Shown: in pieces, positions 17,172 to 26,203 of the stretch
Layout of the letters: every line of letters starts with the position of its first letter
Position numbering within the stretch: the stretch's first letter is position 1
IMG/VR virus record: IMGVR_UViG_3300025914_000003
Source: a virus
Strand: one strand, 5' to 3'
DNA: 64,000 nucleotides
Notes under the pieces: model-generated
The model's input: the letters and a program-made list of their open reading frames with translations, nothing else
What the model was told of the DNA's origin: nothing
The model's database searches: none
Program-made: the position numbers and the translations under genes

Positions 17172-17187
17172 TAAACGGAAGTCGCTA

Positions 17188-17622
17188 ATGTACGACGAAG
17201 ACATGCTCACCGCTTACGTGGTTGTCCAACAAAAGTGTTTGGATAAAGATCCACACGTGCCGCGCTTAGTTAAGTGGTTGTTAAAGTGGGTCTACTTTCG
17301 CTACGGTTGGGCGGCGGTGGATAAAGACGGGAAGTCATATTGCAAGCTGGAGTTTATTGGGATCTACGACAACGCAACCGAAGCACGTTGGGCAGCGATG
17401 ATTCCGGGCGGTAGCTACCGAGAGTTACCGTTGAACGCCTCACTACCCGAAGAAACTTGCCAATTCAAGATCCATGACTTCCCGCACTCATCCGCATCGC
17501 AACAGTATCGAGAACGTAAACTGTCATTCATGGCCGTTCCTGTTGGGGAACTAGAACGCTTACAACAAGCTACCCACTCCACAGATCGTTTAGTGCAGGA
17601 GTTCAAAGCAAAGTCCGCATGA
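17188..17622 (+). CDS. hypothetical protein
   Basis: 144-aa ORF with no recognised motif. Confidence 0.65.
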   Translation: MYDEDMLTAYVVVQQKCLDKDPHVPRLVKWLLKWVYFRYGWAAVDKDGKSYCKLEFIGIYDNATEARWAAMIPGGSYRELPLNASLPEETCQFKIHDFPHSSASQQYRERKLSFMAVPVGELERLQQATHSTDRLVQEFKAKSA

Positions 17623-17629
17623 ACATTAG

Positions 17630-18049
17630 ATGCAAACACCTTCCTCATCAACAGGGCTGGAGCAGACTGTATTAGAGCTTGCAAAATTTATTGCTTCGGG
17701 GATCGTTGGTTCCTTCCTAACATGGCTCAACCTACGGAAAAAGCTAAAGCCTGAAATTCAGGTTATTGAAGCAACGGCAGCGAAGACGTATGCCGAGGCA
17801 CGACATCTCAACGGCGAAACTCTTAAGGACGCCTACGCAAGAATCGAAGAACTGTATGTTATTGCTGATTCGCAGCGAACACAGATCGCCCGATTGCAGC
17901 GTGAGAACGATAAGATGTCTCTACGTGAGGAATTCTTAGAAGAAGAACTCGAGTGGATGCGCTCGGTAATCAAGGCAGCGGGCGTGAAATTGGAGAACTT
18001 CGGACATATGAGGCAGCGGCTTAAACCTCACCAAGAGACACCTGACTGA
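17630..18049 (+). CDS. membrane-anchored coiled-coil protein
   Basis: TM segment FIASGIVGSFLTWL followed by helices rich in E, L and R. Confidence 0.6.
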   Translation: MQTPSSSTGLEQTVLELAKFIASGIVGSFLTWLNLRKKLKPEIQVIEATAAKTYAEARHLNGETLKDAYARIEELYVIADSQRTQIARLQRENDKMSLREEFLEEELEWMRSVIKAAGVKLENFGHMRQRLKPHQETPD

Positions 18050-18108
18050 TCGATCTACAACAAAATCCTTCGTGACAGAACCGCAACAAAGTAATACAAT
18101 CCGCTCCC

Positions 18109-19854
18109 ATGACCTTACAAGAGCAGATTGAACTCATCACTGGCCCGCAATCCGCGAGTGGTGATTGGTTTGACACCACGCTACTAAATAAAGCGAAACA
18201 GCACGGGGAAGCGTGTCCTGCTACTCCGCCTGCGGACACAGAGGCGGTAACAATCAACTCAGGCGGGCAAGGTGCCACTTACAACAATCATCTGTATTAC
18301 GATTTAGCAAAGTCGTTGCGCGTTGCTTATGAGCGCACTGCTGACCCAACCTTCCTGACGCTTTTTCGTAAGTGTGCGGACTCGTGGTGGCAGCATCCGA
18401 CGTGGATCGGATCTGGAACTATCCGACTGTTACCAGACAGCGCTACACCGTCTCCGCGTGAAGCAAACTTAGGGGGGTTGATTCTCCGCGCTATTGATGG
18501 ACGGGACGACATGTGGGACTGGGGTAACCAGTACACCCGCTACAGCTTCAACAATTGGATAAAGATTCGACAGTCAAACCCACAGCTTCACTATGGTGTG
18601 CGCGAAGGCGCATTCTCATTGCTCTATGCGACATGGCTGGCGGTGGTTCTACCTGATTCGTTTCCGTTGCAGGCCGGCGGAATGATTACGAATGGTGCTC
18701 AGTTGCGCGCCGACTACCTACAGGACGTTGAAACAGCCTGCGTCCAGTATTTTGGGAGGTTGCAGTACCCTGACGGTTCGTGGCGCTGGAGCTCGGCGGC
18801 AGATGAGTTTTTGTCCGACGATGGCGGCACCTTAGAAGGGATCATGCAGCCGTTTATGGTAGGGCTGCTGTTGCGTGCGCTGTGTGTCGTACACAGTGTC
18901 ACAACCAACCCGACTGTTAAAGAGAATGTCAAAGGACAGATTCTACGTGCGTGTCGCCACCTTTACAGCGATGGGCCGTATATCAAAGATCAGGTTGAAC
19001 AGAACTCCGGCAAGCGCATCCGCGGCTTTCATTACTTTTTCCACGGCGGCACGTCAAAGAATCCAACTCGATACGATACAGGAGACATTAAATTCCCCTG
19101 GACCGCAACAGAAGCATGGTGGTTGCCGGGTGCGCGACAGGCGATTTCCACGATTCTCGGGTCGTTTGGATATGCGTACAAAATTTCTGGTGATGAGTTC
19201 TTCAAATCTGCGGGCGATGAGATGTACGACTCCGCCTATCTCGGCACCGACGGTGTGCGTGCGATGATGGACGACACATCGAAGAATTTCAGCCAGCATG
19301 TTATGGGCTCGTCAAGTTATAAGGCATGGGTTGGAGGAACGGTGACTCAGCCGCCTGTGCCTACGCCATCGCCGTCTCCACTTCCTCCTAGTCCCGATGG
19401 TACGAAGGCGACAACGATCATTGATTCTACTAGCGCAAAGTGGACGTTGGTTGCAAATAAAACGCTGCGAAATGGCATACAGGCAGGTGGTGGAGAAGGA
19501 ACGATCTACAAATACCTGGCCCAAGTGGTCTATGTGCTCGGGATGGATAACTTTTGGTACAAGTGGGCAACCAGTGCATGGGAGCGTCTAACGCAGACGG
19601 AACCGGGAACAACGCCAAGCCCAACTCCTACCCCAACGCCAACTCCAGCTCCCACTCCCACTCCTACACCAGTACCGCCACCTACGCCCATCCCTGCTCC
19701 TGCTCTGCCTCGAGTTCTTCGTTATCCAACCGGGCTGAATGAGCAAGTAACACTTTGGCAGCAACAGGCAGGAGAGGGTTACAGACCAAATCGATTAGTG
19801 CCACGTCCGGCAAACCAGCCAAAGGGAAACTATGTAGAGTTTGTGAAGTTTTGA
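18109..19854 (+). CDS. multidomain protein: about 400-aa helical (alpha/alpha-toroid-like?) domain, PT linker, about 65-aa module, long PT linker, 50-aa tail. Candidate glycan-degrading enzyme, depolymerase or endolysin.
   Basis: The linkers PPVPTPSPSPLPPSP and TPSPTPTPTPTPAPTPTPTPVPPPTPIPAP are typical of modular carbohydrate-active enzymes. No catalytic motif recognised. Confidence 0.6.
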   Translation: MTLQEQIELITGPQSASGDWFDTTLLNKAKQHGEACPATPPADTEAVTINSGGQGATYNNHLYYDLAKSLRVAYERTADPTFLTLFRKCADSWWQHPTWIGSGTIRLLPDSATPSPREANLGGLILRAIDGRDDMWDWGNQYTRYSFNNWIKIRQSNPQLHYGVREGAFSLLYATWLAVVLPDSFPLQAGGMITNGAQLRADYLQDVETACVQYFGRLQYPDGSWRWSSAADEFLSDDGGTLEGIMQPFMVGLLLRALCVVHSVTTNPTVKENVKGQILRACRHLYSDGPYIKDQVEQNSGKRIRGFHYFFHGGTSKNPTRYDTGDIKFPWTATEAWWLPGARQAISTILGSFGYAYKISGDEFFKSAGDEMYDSAYLGTDGVRAMMDDTSKNFSQHVMGSSSYKAWVGGTVTQPPVPTPSPSPLPPSPDGTKATTIIDSTSAKWTLVANKTLRNGIQAGGGEGTIYKYLAQVVYVLGMDNFWYKWATSAWERLTQTEPGTTPSPTPTPTPTPAPTPTPTPVPPPTPIPAPALPRVLRYPTGLNEQVTLWQQQAGEGYRPNRLVPRPANQPKGNYVEFVKF

Positions 19855-19883
19855 ACTGTAACAATGGCGTGAAGTGAGAGGCG

Positions 19884-20222
19884 TTGTGTATGCCAGAAGT
19901 ATTAACTAGAGTTGACGAAGATGGGCTAGCTAATCGGCTTGCCGCAGGGCGCGATCCGTCGTGCCCGAAATGCGGCGGCACACGTCCAACATGCTGTACC
20001 TGTGTGGATACAGCAAAGTTGTGGGTTGAGCACCAGCGACTAAAAGACGCTGTAGTCGAGGCAGCAAAGGGAGAACTCATTGTTGAAAGCGAATGGGTGA
20101 GAGTCGAACGGTCTAAGGAAATGGACGCCCGCGTCGACGCCGCGCACACTGCATTGCTAAGGTCCGTTGACGCTCTAATTGCATTTGAAGCCGAACACAA
20201 CATCGGAGGTCCGATTCGATGA
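19884..20222 (+). CDS. hypothetical protein (CPKCGG...CCTC)
   Basis: 112-aa ORF. Confidence 0.55.
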   Translation: MCMPEVLTRVDEDGLANRLAAGRDPSCPKCGGTRPTCCTCVDTAKLWVEHQRLKDAVVEAAKGELIVESEWVRVERSKEMDARVDAAHTALLRSVDALIAFEAEHNIGGPIR

Positions 20223-20404
20223 ACGAATACCCAATGAAAGATAAATACTGGTGCTGTGGACTAAAGATTGGAAGTCAGCACGATCCTGAATGTCCAACAA
20301 GACAAACCAAAGGTCGCTGTCCACTTTGTCATCAGCACACGAGATGTCAACATGGGGAGTGGATACCATCTGGATCTCAGGCTGTAATGGTGAACGTGAA
20401 GTAA
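20219..20404 (+). CDS. hypothetical Cys/His-rich small protein
   Basis: 61-aa ORF with an ATGA overlap. Confidence 0.5.
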   Translation: MNEYPMKDKYWCCGLKIGSQHDPECPTRQTKGRCPLCHQHTRCQHGEWIPSGSQAVMVNVK

Positions 20405-20821
20405 ATGCAGATTTACAAGCAACAATCTGATTATGACTGCATGTTGGCGTGTATCGCCACTGCCGTACAGAAACCATATACAGAATTATGGTCTGCGGAT
20501 GTTCGTCGAACGGTTGAAGAGAAGAGAGGGACTCACGGAGATTTCATTGATGTCGCGTTTGAGATCGCTGGTCTTAGGAAGCACACTGATTATTGGTGCG
20601 TCATGATTCCCCACTGGTGCGGCTTCAGCACCATTCGTCAACTCTTGAATGGTCGACGTGCCATCCTTCAAGTGCGATCTCTAAACAATCCCAGCTCTGG
20701 GCATTTCGTTTATTGGGCTGGCGAGCAGTTGTACGATGTCAGCAATAAACAGCAGTATAAATGGATTGACCAATGCTTCCCAGAATACATCTGGATCTTT
20801 GACGAAACGAGTAAGACATAA
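20405..20821 (+). CDS. papain-fold (C39-like) cysteine peptidase candidate
   Basis: N-terminal QQSDYDCMLACIATA (Gln...Cys), later SGHFVYW (His) and YDVSN, in the order expected of C39-like or BtrH-like peptidases. Confidence 0.55.
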   Translation: MQIYKQQSDYDCMLACIATAVQKPYTELWSADVRRTVEEKRGTHGDFIDVAFEIAGLRKHTDYWCVMIPHWCGFSTIRQLLNGRRAILQVRSLNNPSSGHFVYWAGEQLYDVSNKQQYKWIDQCFPEYIWIFDETSKT

Positions 20822-20896
20822 GCAACGCAAAAAACATGAGCGCAGCTATTATTCAACGCCCTAAATCAGACCTATCGAAATAAAAACGAAATAACT

Positions 20897-21292
20897 ATGC
20901 CGTTCAAGAAGGGAGAGACGCCGAAGGGCGCAAAGCCGTTTACCAGTGAGAACCAGCCAGAGAATCGCGGCCGCCCGTCAGGATCGAGAAGCCGCTCCAC
21001 GCTCCTGAAAAAGTGGCTCTCAGCCGAGATTGAAATAGTCAATCCCACCACAAACGACAAGCAGCGAGTAACTGTTGAGGATGAAGTGGTATTAGCGCTA
21101 ATTACCAAGGCCAGACAGGGTGATGTGCCCGCAATTAAAGAAGTATTGGATAGCACGTATGGTAAGTTAACTGATAAGGTTCAGATAGATGTCAACCAAC
21201 TTGACGCCGATATTGAGCGGGAACTGGCGCTCTTTGGAACCGGAAGCGAAGGAATTGCTTCTGGTGAAGCTGAAAGCGAAACGGTTAACTAA
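20897..21292 (+). CDS. DUF5681-like protein; candidate small terminase subunit
   Basis: N-terminus FKKGETPKGAKPF...NRGRPSGS resembles the DUF5681 opening motif. Sits directly upstream of TerL. Confidence 0.6.
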   Translation: MPFKKGETPKGAKPFTSENQPENRGRPSGSRSRSTLLKKWLSAEIEIVNPTTNDKQRVTVEDEVVLALITKARQGDVPAIKEVLDSTYGKLTDKVQIDVNQLDADIERELALFGTGSEGIASGEAESETVN

Positions 21293-22586
21293 GACCAACC
21301 AAGTCTCCCTCCGCAAAGACGCCGAATTAAAAATATACCTTTCCGATAAGTTTGGAATCCAGATCCCCGATGTCCAAGTCTGCCCTAATCATACAACACC
21401 ATTCAGAGCGTTTGCTGATGCTTACTTCGCTCGATATGGAGTAACTGTTTGGCAAGCATCCCGAGGTTTTGGGGGTAAATCCTTCCTGCTCGCACTGCTA
21501 GGGCACTGTGAGGCATCTGTCCTTTCTGCTGATGTAACGCTTCTAGGCGGTTCCGGGGAACAATCGACCCGCGTTTTGGAATACCTACAGAAATTCGCCG
21601 GCGACGAGGAAAACACACAGAGAAGAACGGTTTACTCGAGTGGTGGCCGTGTAACTGCTCTGATGGCCTCGTCTAAGTCTGCTCGAGGTCCGCATCCGCA
21701 AAGAATGAGGTTGGATGAAGTAGATGAGATGGAGTTAAAGGTTTTTGATGCTGCGATGGGTCAGCCTATGGAAGGGCGTGGAATCGCCAAACAGACTGTG
21801 ATGTCCTCGACTCACCATTACGCAGATGGCACATTCACGGAAGTAAAACGTCGCGCTGCGGAGAATGGATGGCCGATCTACGAATGGTGTTTTAGAGAAA
21901 GCTCAGCACAGCCAGATGGATGGCTATCGCTTGCAGAAATAGAATCTAAACGAGGCGAAGTTACGGCTTCAATGTGGGCGGCAGAATACGAACTCCAAGA
22001 ACCCTCGCCTGAAGGACGAGCGATTCTTCCCGAAAAAGTCAGTCTCTGTTTCAGGAAGGAACTAGGCGAATTTCCTGGCGAAGCTGGACGCGAAATCATT
22101 ATCGAAGATCGAGTGAAAGGCGGAGTCTATGCTCACGGTTGCGACTGGGCCAAGGAGAAGGACTGGACAATCATTGACACCTGGCGTATCGATTGCCGAC
22201 CGATGAAGCGGGTTGCGTGGGTTCGACTAGGCCGTATGGCGTGGCCGACAATGATCCGCCATTTCAATCAGCGCGTTCAGTGGTATAAAGGCAACGCCTG
22301 TCACGATAAAACCGGGATTGGTAATGTAGTCGATGATTATCTAACCGTTGATGCGGAAGGTGTTCTTTTAGTCGGCCAAGAGCGAGCAGACGTGTTCACT
22401 AACTACATCGCGGCAATAGAGAATGCGGCGGTAGTGAGTCCGTTTATCCGCTATTGTGAGGCAGAGCACCGCTACTGTACGAATGATGATCTGCGTGGCT
22501 CAGGCCATCCTCCAGATTCAGTAGTTGCGGGGGCGATGACTTATCGAGCAGCGATGAAGAAACTCGGGCGACTGCTTAGTTGGTGA
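21189..22586 (+). CDS. terL: terminase large subunit
   Basis: Walker A is GFGGKSFLLALLG and Walker B is RMRLDEVDEM. The C-terminal nuclease-like half carries conserved Asp residues. ATG 21189 overlaps the upstream gene by 104 nt; GTG 21264 is an alternative start. Confidence 0.9.
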   Translation: MSTNLTPILSGNWRSLEPEAKELLLVKLKAKRLTKTNQVSLRKDAELKIYLSDKFGIQIPDVQVCPNHTTPFRAFADAYFARYGVTVWQASRGFGGKSFLLALLGHCEASVLSADVTLLGGSGEQSTRVLEYLQKFAGDEENTQRRTVYSSGGRVTALMASSKSARGPHPQRMRLDEVDEMELKVFDAAMGQPMEGRGIAKQTVMSSTHHYADGTFTEVKRRAAENGWPIYEWCFRESSAQPDGWLSLAEIESKRGEVTASMWAAEYELQEPSPEGRAILPEKVSLCFRKELGEFPGEAGREIIIEDRVKGGVYAHGCDWAKEKDWTIIDTWRIDCRPMKRVAWVRLGRMAWPTMIRHFNQRVQWYKGNACHDKTGIGNVVDDYLTVDAEGVLLVGQERADVFTNYIAAIENAAVVSPFIRYCEAEHRYCTNDDLRGSGHPPDSVVAGAMTYRAAMKKLGRLLSW

Positions 22587-22596
22587 GTCAGCGGTA

Positions 22597-22641
22597 AGTG
22601 CTTTACAGAGTGCTTTACAGCTTGGCTTCGGTGCTTTACAA
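22597..22641 (+). repeat. three direct copies of (A)GTGCTTTACA(G): two abutting perfect 12-mers at 22597-22620, and a third at 22630-22641
   Basis: Read directly from the sequence, immediately upstream of ATG 22650. Confidence 0.95.
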
Positions 22642-22642
22642 T
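22614..22642 (+). promoter_or_regulatory. candidate promoter TTTACA-N17-TACAAT built from the repeat units
   Basis: -35 at 22614-22619 and -10 at 22637-22642. ATG 22650 lies 8 nt after the -10 with no SD, so the mRNA would be leaderless. Confidence 0.45.
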
Positions 22643-22649
22643 TTCTCTC

Positions 22650-23129
22650 ATGAAGAAAGACAGCAAACTTTGCAATTTCAGGTTGTCCGTGGAAGCGGTT
22701 GAGTGTCTGCAAAGACTTTCGGATCAGTGGACATGCAGCATGACAGAGGTTATTGAACGGGCTTTAGTGATTGCTGAGGCGGCTGTGATTGCCGCGCCTG
22801 AAACAGCCGGCGAACCGATTGGCGCACGACCTCGCCAAGAAATCACCACACCAAAGGTGTCAGGGCGCGCTGAGTCAGTAGCGCAGCGTAAAGCCAGAGA
22901 AGCCAAAGAGCACGCTCAAAAACTCGCTGAGGCAGACATAACGGCGCGCATGACAGGACGGGATGACATCGAATACGACCTTGAAAATGTCCCACATCAG
23001 AGTGCTTTACACGTAGCTTTACAAAGAGACGGTTCTGTAAAGCACCATTACGAAGTCGGAGCACGGGAAGCAAAGCCGCTCACTCGTCCGCATGGAAGTA
23101 CTGAGGCAAAGCGGAGACGCGAACAGTAG
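22650..23129 (+). CDS. ribbon-helix-helix (CopG/Arc-like) DNA-binding protein with a long charged C-terminal tail
   Basis: CNFRLSVEAVECLQRLSDQWTCSMTEVIERALV fits a beta-strand/helix/helix RHH layout. Confidence 0.65.
   Translation: MKKDSKLCNFRLSVEAVECLQRLSDQWTCSMTEVIERALVIAEAAVIAAPETAGEPIGARPRQEITTPKVSGRAESVAQRKAREAKEHAQKLAEADITARMTGRDDIEYDLENVPHQSALHVALQRDGSVKHHYEVGAREAKPLTRPHGSTEAKRRREQ
23001..23045. repeat. second cluster of the same motif: AGTGCTTTACAC, GTAGCTTTACAA (direct) and CTGTAAAGCAC (inverted)
   Basis: Read directly from the sequence, inside the 3' part of the RHH gene. Confidence 0.9.
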
Positions 23130-23169
23130 TGAATGACCGTTTATAGCGATGTGGTAAGATGCGCCCGTC

Positions 23170-24594
23170 ATGACCCCTGAATCCGCTATCGACTACAGCA
23201 CCAACACTATTCCCATCAACCCTATCTCTACTGCTGATATTAACTGGGCACTTAAGGAGTTCGCTGCGCGTCGGGAAGACTATGTACTTGCTCGTGAATA
23301 CTACAAGGGTAAACATCGATTAGCCTTCGCGTCAGAGAAACTGAGTTCAGCCTTCGGACAACTATTCAAAGCATTTGCTGACAACTTGATGCCGACTGTG
23401 GCAGAGACGGTCAAAGATCGGTTGAAACTTGATGGCTTCACTGTCCCCAGTGCGCAACCATCCACCGATGAACTTTGGCGCCGTAACCGACTCAAGGTCC
23501 GCGCCAACCAAGTCCACCTTGACGCGCTTATCGAAGGGGATGCTTACTTGATCGTCTGGCCGGACGCCGAAGGAGTCCCGGTATTTCATCCGAACCGCGC
23601 TACGGCGGTAGTGATCGAATACGATGACGAGCAGCCAGGTTACATCATCAAAGCAGCAAAAGGCTGGAAGGATAGTGATGATCGCTATCGCTTAACGCTC
23701 TACTACCGCGACCGGATTGAGAAGTATGTCACTCGTAGCAAGATCCACGACACGATGCCGGATCGCGCTGAGGCATTTGATCGCTTCAATGTCGCAGGCG
23801 AGAACTGGCCGCTTCCCAACCCTTACGATAAAGTGCCGGTGTTTCATTTCAACAACCGTGGATCTGTAGGAAGTCTCGGAATAAGCGAGATGTCTGAGGC
23901 GATTCCAGTACAGGATGCGTTCAACAAGTCTATTGCGGATATGTTAGTGGCGAGCGAGTTCTTTGGCGTGCCGCAGCGATGGGCCATTGGACTGGAAGAC
24001 GACCTGACACCCGAGCAGGCGAAGAAGAAGTATCCCCTACTGGCAGGCGGGGTTTGGGGTACGACCAGCGAGAAAGCTGAGTTTGGCGAGTTTGCCGCCG
24101 CAGACATCAGCAAGTACATCGAAGTGAAGGAGAGCTTCAAGAAGGATATTGCGTTAGTCTCGCGCACACCGCTACACTTTTTTCAACTACACTCGACTCC
24201 GCCTTCTGGTGAGTCACTGCGAGTTGCTGAGGCTCCTCTCGTTTCTAAGGTCAACGACAAGACCGAATCCTGGGGCATGGTCTGGAGTGACGCGATGAGG
24301 TTCGCGCTGCAAATCGCCAATGCGGGCGACACTGAGCCGGAACCAAAGTGGCTCAACACTGAGACAAGAGATGCCAACGCCGAAGCCGAGCGTGTCGCCA
24401 CTAAGCACCGTGACTTGAAGATCCCACTAGAGGAGTGTTGGCGAGAGTTGGGTTATGACGAGAAGAAGATTGAAAAGATGAAGGAACTGATGGAGCAGGA
24501 ACAGCAAGCGGCGGCTGAACAACAGCGAGAACAGTTTGCGTTACGCTCCTCAGCGAAGAAGGCGAATGGAGATAGTGAGGTGTTGGCGGGATGA
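23170..24594 (+). CDS. portal protein (SPP1 gp6-like)
   Basis: 474 aa located after TerL. Contains REYYKGKH and other motifs I associate with the gp6 portal family. Confidence 0.85.
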   Translation: MTPESAIDYSTNTIPINPISTADINWALKEFAARREDYVLAREYYKGKHRLAFASEKLSSAFGQLFKAFADNLMPTVAETVKDRLKLDGFTVPSAQPSTDELWRRNRLKVRANQVHLDALIEGDAYLIVWPDAEGVPVFHPNRATAVVIEYDDEQPGYIIKAAKGWKDSDDRYRLTLYYRDRIEKYVTRSKIHDTMPDRAEAFDRFNVAGENWPLPNPYDKVPVFHFNNRGSVGSLGISEMSEAIPVQDAFNKSIADMLVASEFFGVPQRWAIGLEDDLTPEQAKKKYPLLAGGVWGTTSEKAEFGEFAAADISKYIEVKESFKKDIALVSRTPLHFFQLHSTPPSGESLRVAEAPLVSKVNDKTESWGMVWSDAMRFALQIANAGDTEPEPKWLNTETRDANAEAERVATKHRDLKIPLEECWRELGYDEKKIEKMKELMEQEQQAAAEQQREQFALRSSAKKANGDSEVLAG

Positions 24595-24893
24595 GTATCG
24601 AACAGTCGCGATCACGTTGGCCGCTTCCTTGTGGCTGTATGCCTGATTCTTGGTGTACGGTACATCAGAGTCATGGCGTCAGGGTTCTTGCGCCGCAGGC
24701 TGCAACACTCTCCAGCAACCTCCGCTATCGCGTCGTCGCAGTCGGCGACAAGTATCACTGGCTGGATCGAAAGACGAATCAGGCGCTTAACTATAAGAAC
24801 GGTGATGAAGCACAGTTCGATTCGTTGGACTCGGCGATCGCGGCGTTTGTTGATGGGAAGTTGACAGTGGAGAAGAATGAGGTGATGGAGTGA
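24591..24893 (+). CDS. hypothetical protein
   Basis: 100-aa ORF with an ATGA overlap onto the portal stop. Confidence 0.55.
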   Translation: MSIEQSRSRWPLPCGCMPDSWCTVHQSHGVRVLAPQAATLSSNLRYRVVAVGDKYHWLDRKTNQALNYKNGDEAQFDSLDSAIAAFVDGKLTVEKNEVME

Positions 24894-25168
24894 GACTATC
24901 GGATTTTGTGAGATCGCGGAGGATCATTACTATCCGCTATCGTGACAAGTACGTGGATTTGGTTTCCGACACTGACCGCTACGGAACCATGACACAATAC
25001 GACAATGGCAACCGCGTTGAGTTTGACTTCAGCGAGTGTCGTGTCGTTGGCGTACGAGACGTGTGGCCGTTGCCGATTGTTGCTGACCCCAACGCACCAA
25101 AGGAGGGCGTGATGGTAACTCGTGAACAACTTCAGGCAGCGGCTCGACAGATTGGAGACGGTCAGTGA
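24890..25168 (+). CDS. hypothetical protein
   Basis: 92-aa ORF, translationally coupled. Confidence 0.55.
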   Translation: MRLSDFVRSRRIITIRYRDKYVDLVSDTDRYGTMTQYDNGNRVEFDFSECRVVGVRDVWPLPIVADPNAPKEGVMVTREQLQAAARQIGDGQ

Positions 25169-25443
25169 ACTACGGCGACGCCATCTCCTGGTGCGTAAAA
25201 TATTCCGCTGTCTTCCGCTTCGTTGAACGGACTGAACGACAGGACTTCGTACTGCTCAACGAGCGGGTTCCTGGTACCTTGGCGCTGGAATTAGCCCACA
25301 CGATTGACGGTCAGAACTACGTGGTCCATGTGCCGCTTGATTCTACCACTGAACCATCGAAAGCGATTGCTAGAGCATTAATTGCTGGAGTACAGCACTT
25401 TGCAGAGAGAAGAAGTGCGATGATTACTGGAGCGTTGAACTGA
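25165..25443 (+). CDS. hypothetical protein
   Basis: 92-aa ORF, translationally coupled. Confidence 0.55.
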   Translation: MNYGDAISWCVKYSAVFRFVERTERQDFVLLNERVPGTLALELAHTIDGQNYVVHVPLDSTTEPSKAIARALIAGVQHFAERRSAMITGALN

Positions 25444-25559
25444 TGCGTGAATTAGATACGTGGATTGAACCGACAATCAGAATAATGCTCATCGTGTGCG
25501 CAATACTCGCGGTGGCTGGAATCGTTACTGTAGCCCACTTCGTATTAAAGTTCTGGTAG
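25443..25559 (+). CDS. possible 38-aa TM peptide
   Basis: ATG overlaps the previous TGA. TM segment is IMLIVCAILAVAGIVTVAHFVL. Confidence 0.35.
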   Translation: MRELDTWIEPTIRIMLIVCAILAVAGIVTVAHFVLKFW

Positions 25560-25664
25560 CACGGTGTTACAATGAATCTGCACGTTTTCCATAGGGCAGC
25601 GCAAGCTGATCGACCTCGGTAACGTGAGGCGGTGGGGTGTGCTACCCGTGACCGCCGCTTTCTT

Positions 25665-25787
25665 ATGCGTAGAGCGCTTGATGTCCACTACCTCGATGTA
25701 TTGCTGATTGTCGCTGCTGTTCTCATGGCAGTAGGAACAGTTAAGCTCGGCCTTGTCATCGTACGCCTTGTGGAGTGCGCGAGATGA
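25665..25787 (+). CDS. possible 40-aa TM peptide
   Basis: TM segment VLLIVAAVLMAVGTVKLGLVIV. ATGA overlap with the next gene. Confidence 0.35.
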   Translation: MRRALDVHYLDVLLIVAAVLMAVGTVKLGLVIVRLVECAR

Positions 25788-26203
25788 AAGAACTCAATCG
25801 CTACGACTTCAGCAACGACCGCTCATTCATCACGTACCTGCTCTCAGAAGCAGACACACGACGGATGCGCATACCGGAATGTGATGTGATTGGCTTGCGT
25901 CATCGTGTGATTGGCCCGGCGGAAGGCGAGCAGCCCGAAGGACCAATGATCGTAATGCGTCCCGATGAGGCATTGATCCTCGCTCGCTTGCTCATTGACG
26001 CAGTGTGGCAGGTGACGGAGGGATATACAGTAGGTGGGCCGAAGCCGCAGGAGTTGAACCTTGGCGGTATTCCAATTGTTCCTGATTCCACGGTGCCCAA
26101 AGATGAGCTTCACCTGCGGCAACACGGTAAGACAGAAGCGGTACTCAAGGTGTCCGACAATGGAGTATGCCGCGAAGTTTGGCGCAGTTCAAACAACCGA
26201 TGA
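25784..26203 (+). CDS. hypothetical protein
   Basis: ATG 25784 is preferred over the tracked GTG 25775. Confidence 0.6.
   Translation: MKELNRYDFSNDRSFITYLLSEADTRRMRIPECDVIGLRHRVIGPAEGEQPEGPMIVMRPDEALILARLLIDAVWQVTEGYTVGGPKPQELNLGGIPIVPDSTVPKDELHLRQHGKTEAVLKVSDNGVCREVWRSSNNR

Noticed and set aside
16751-17188. 145-aa plus-strand ORF antisense to the HNH/AP2-like gene.
   Set aside because: The minus-strand frame carries recognisable family motifs and a GGAGG SD. The plus-frame product looks random.
19600-19700. Short-period CCNAC/CCNGC repeats that could be taken for a tandem repeat or CRISPR-like array.
   Set aside because: They are in frame within ORF 18109..19854 and encode a Pro/Thr linker. 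There is no repeat-spacer structure.
22597-22641. The 12-mer repeats considered as a CRISPR array or mini-array.
   Set aside because: The units are only 10-12 bp and abut or nearly abut, with no spacers of CRISPR size. An operator or pac-like interpretation fits better.
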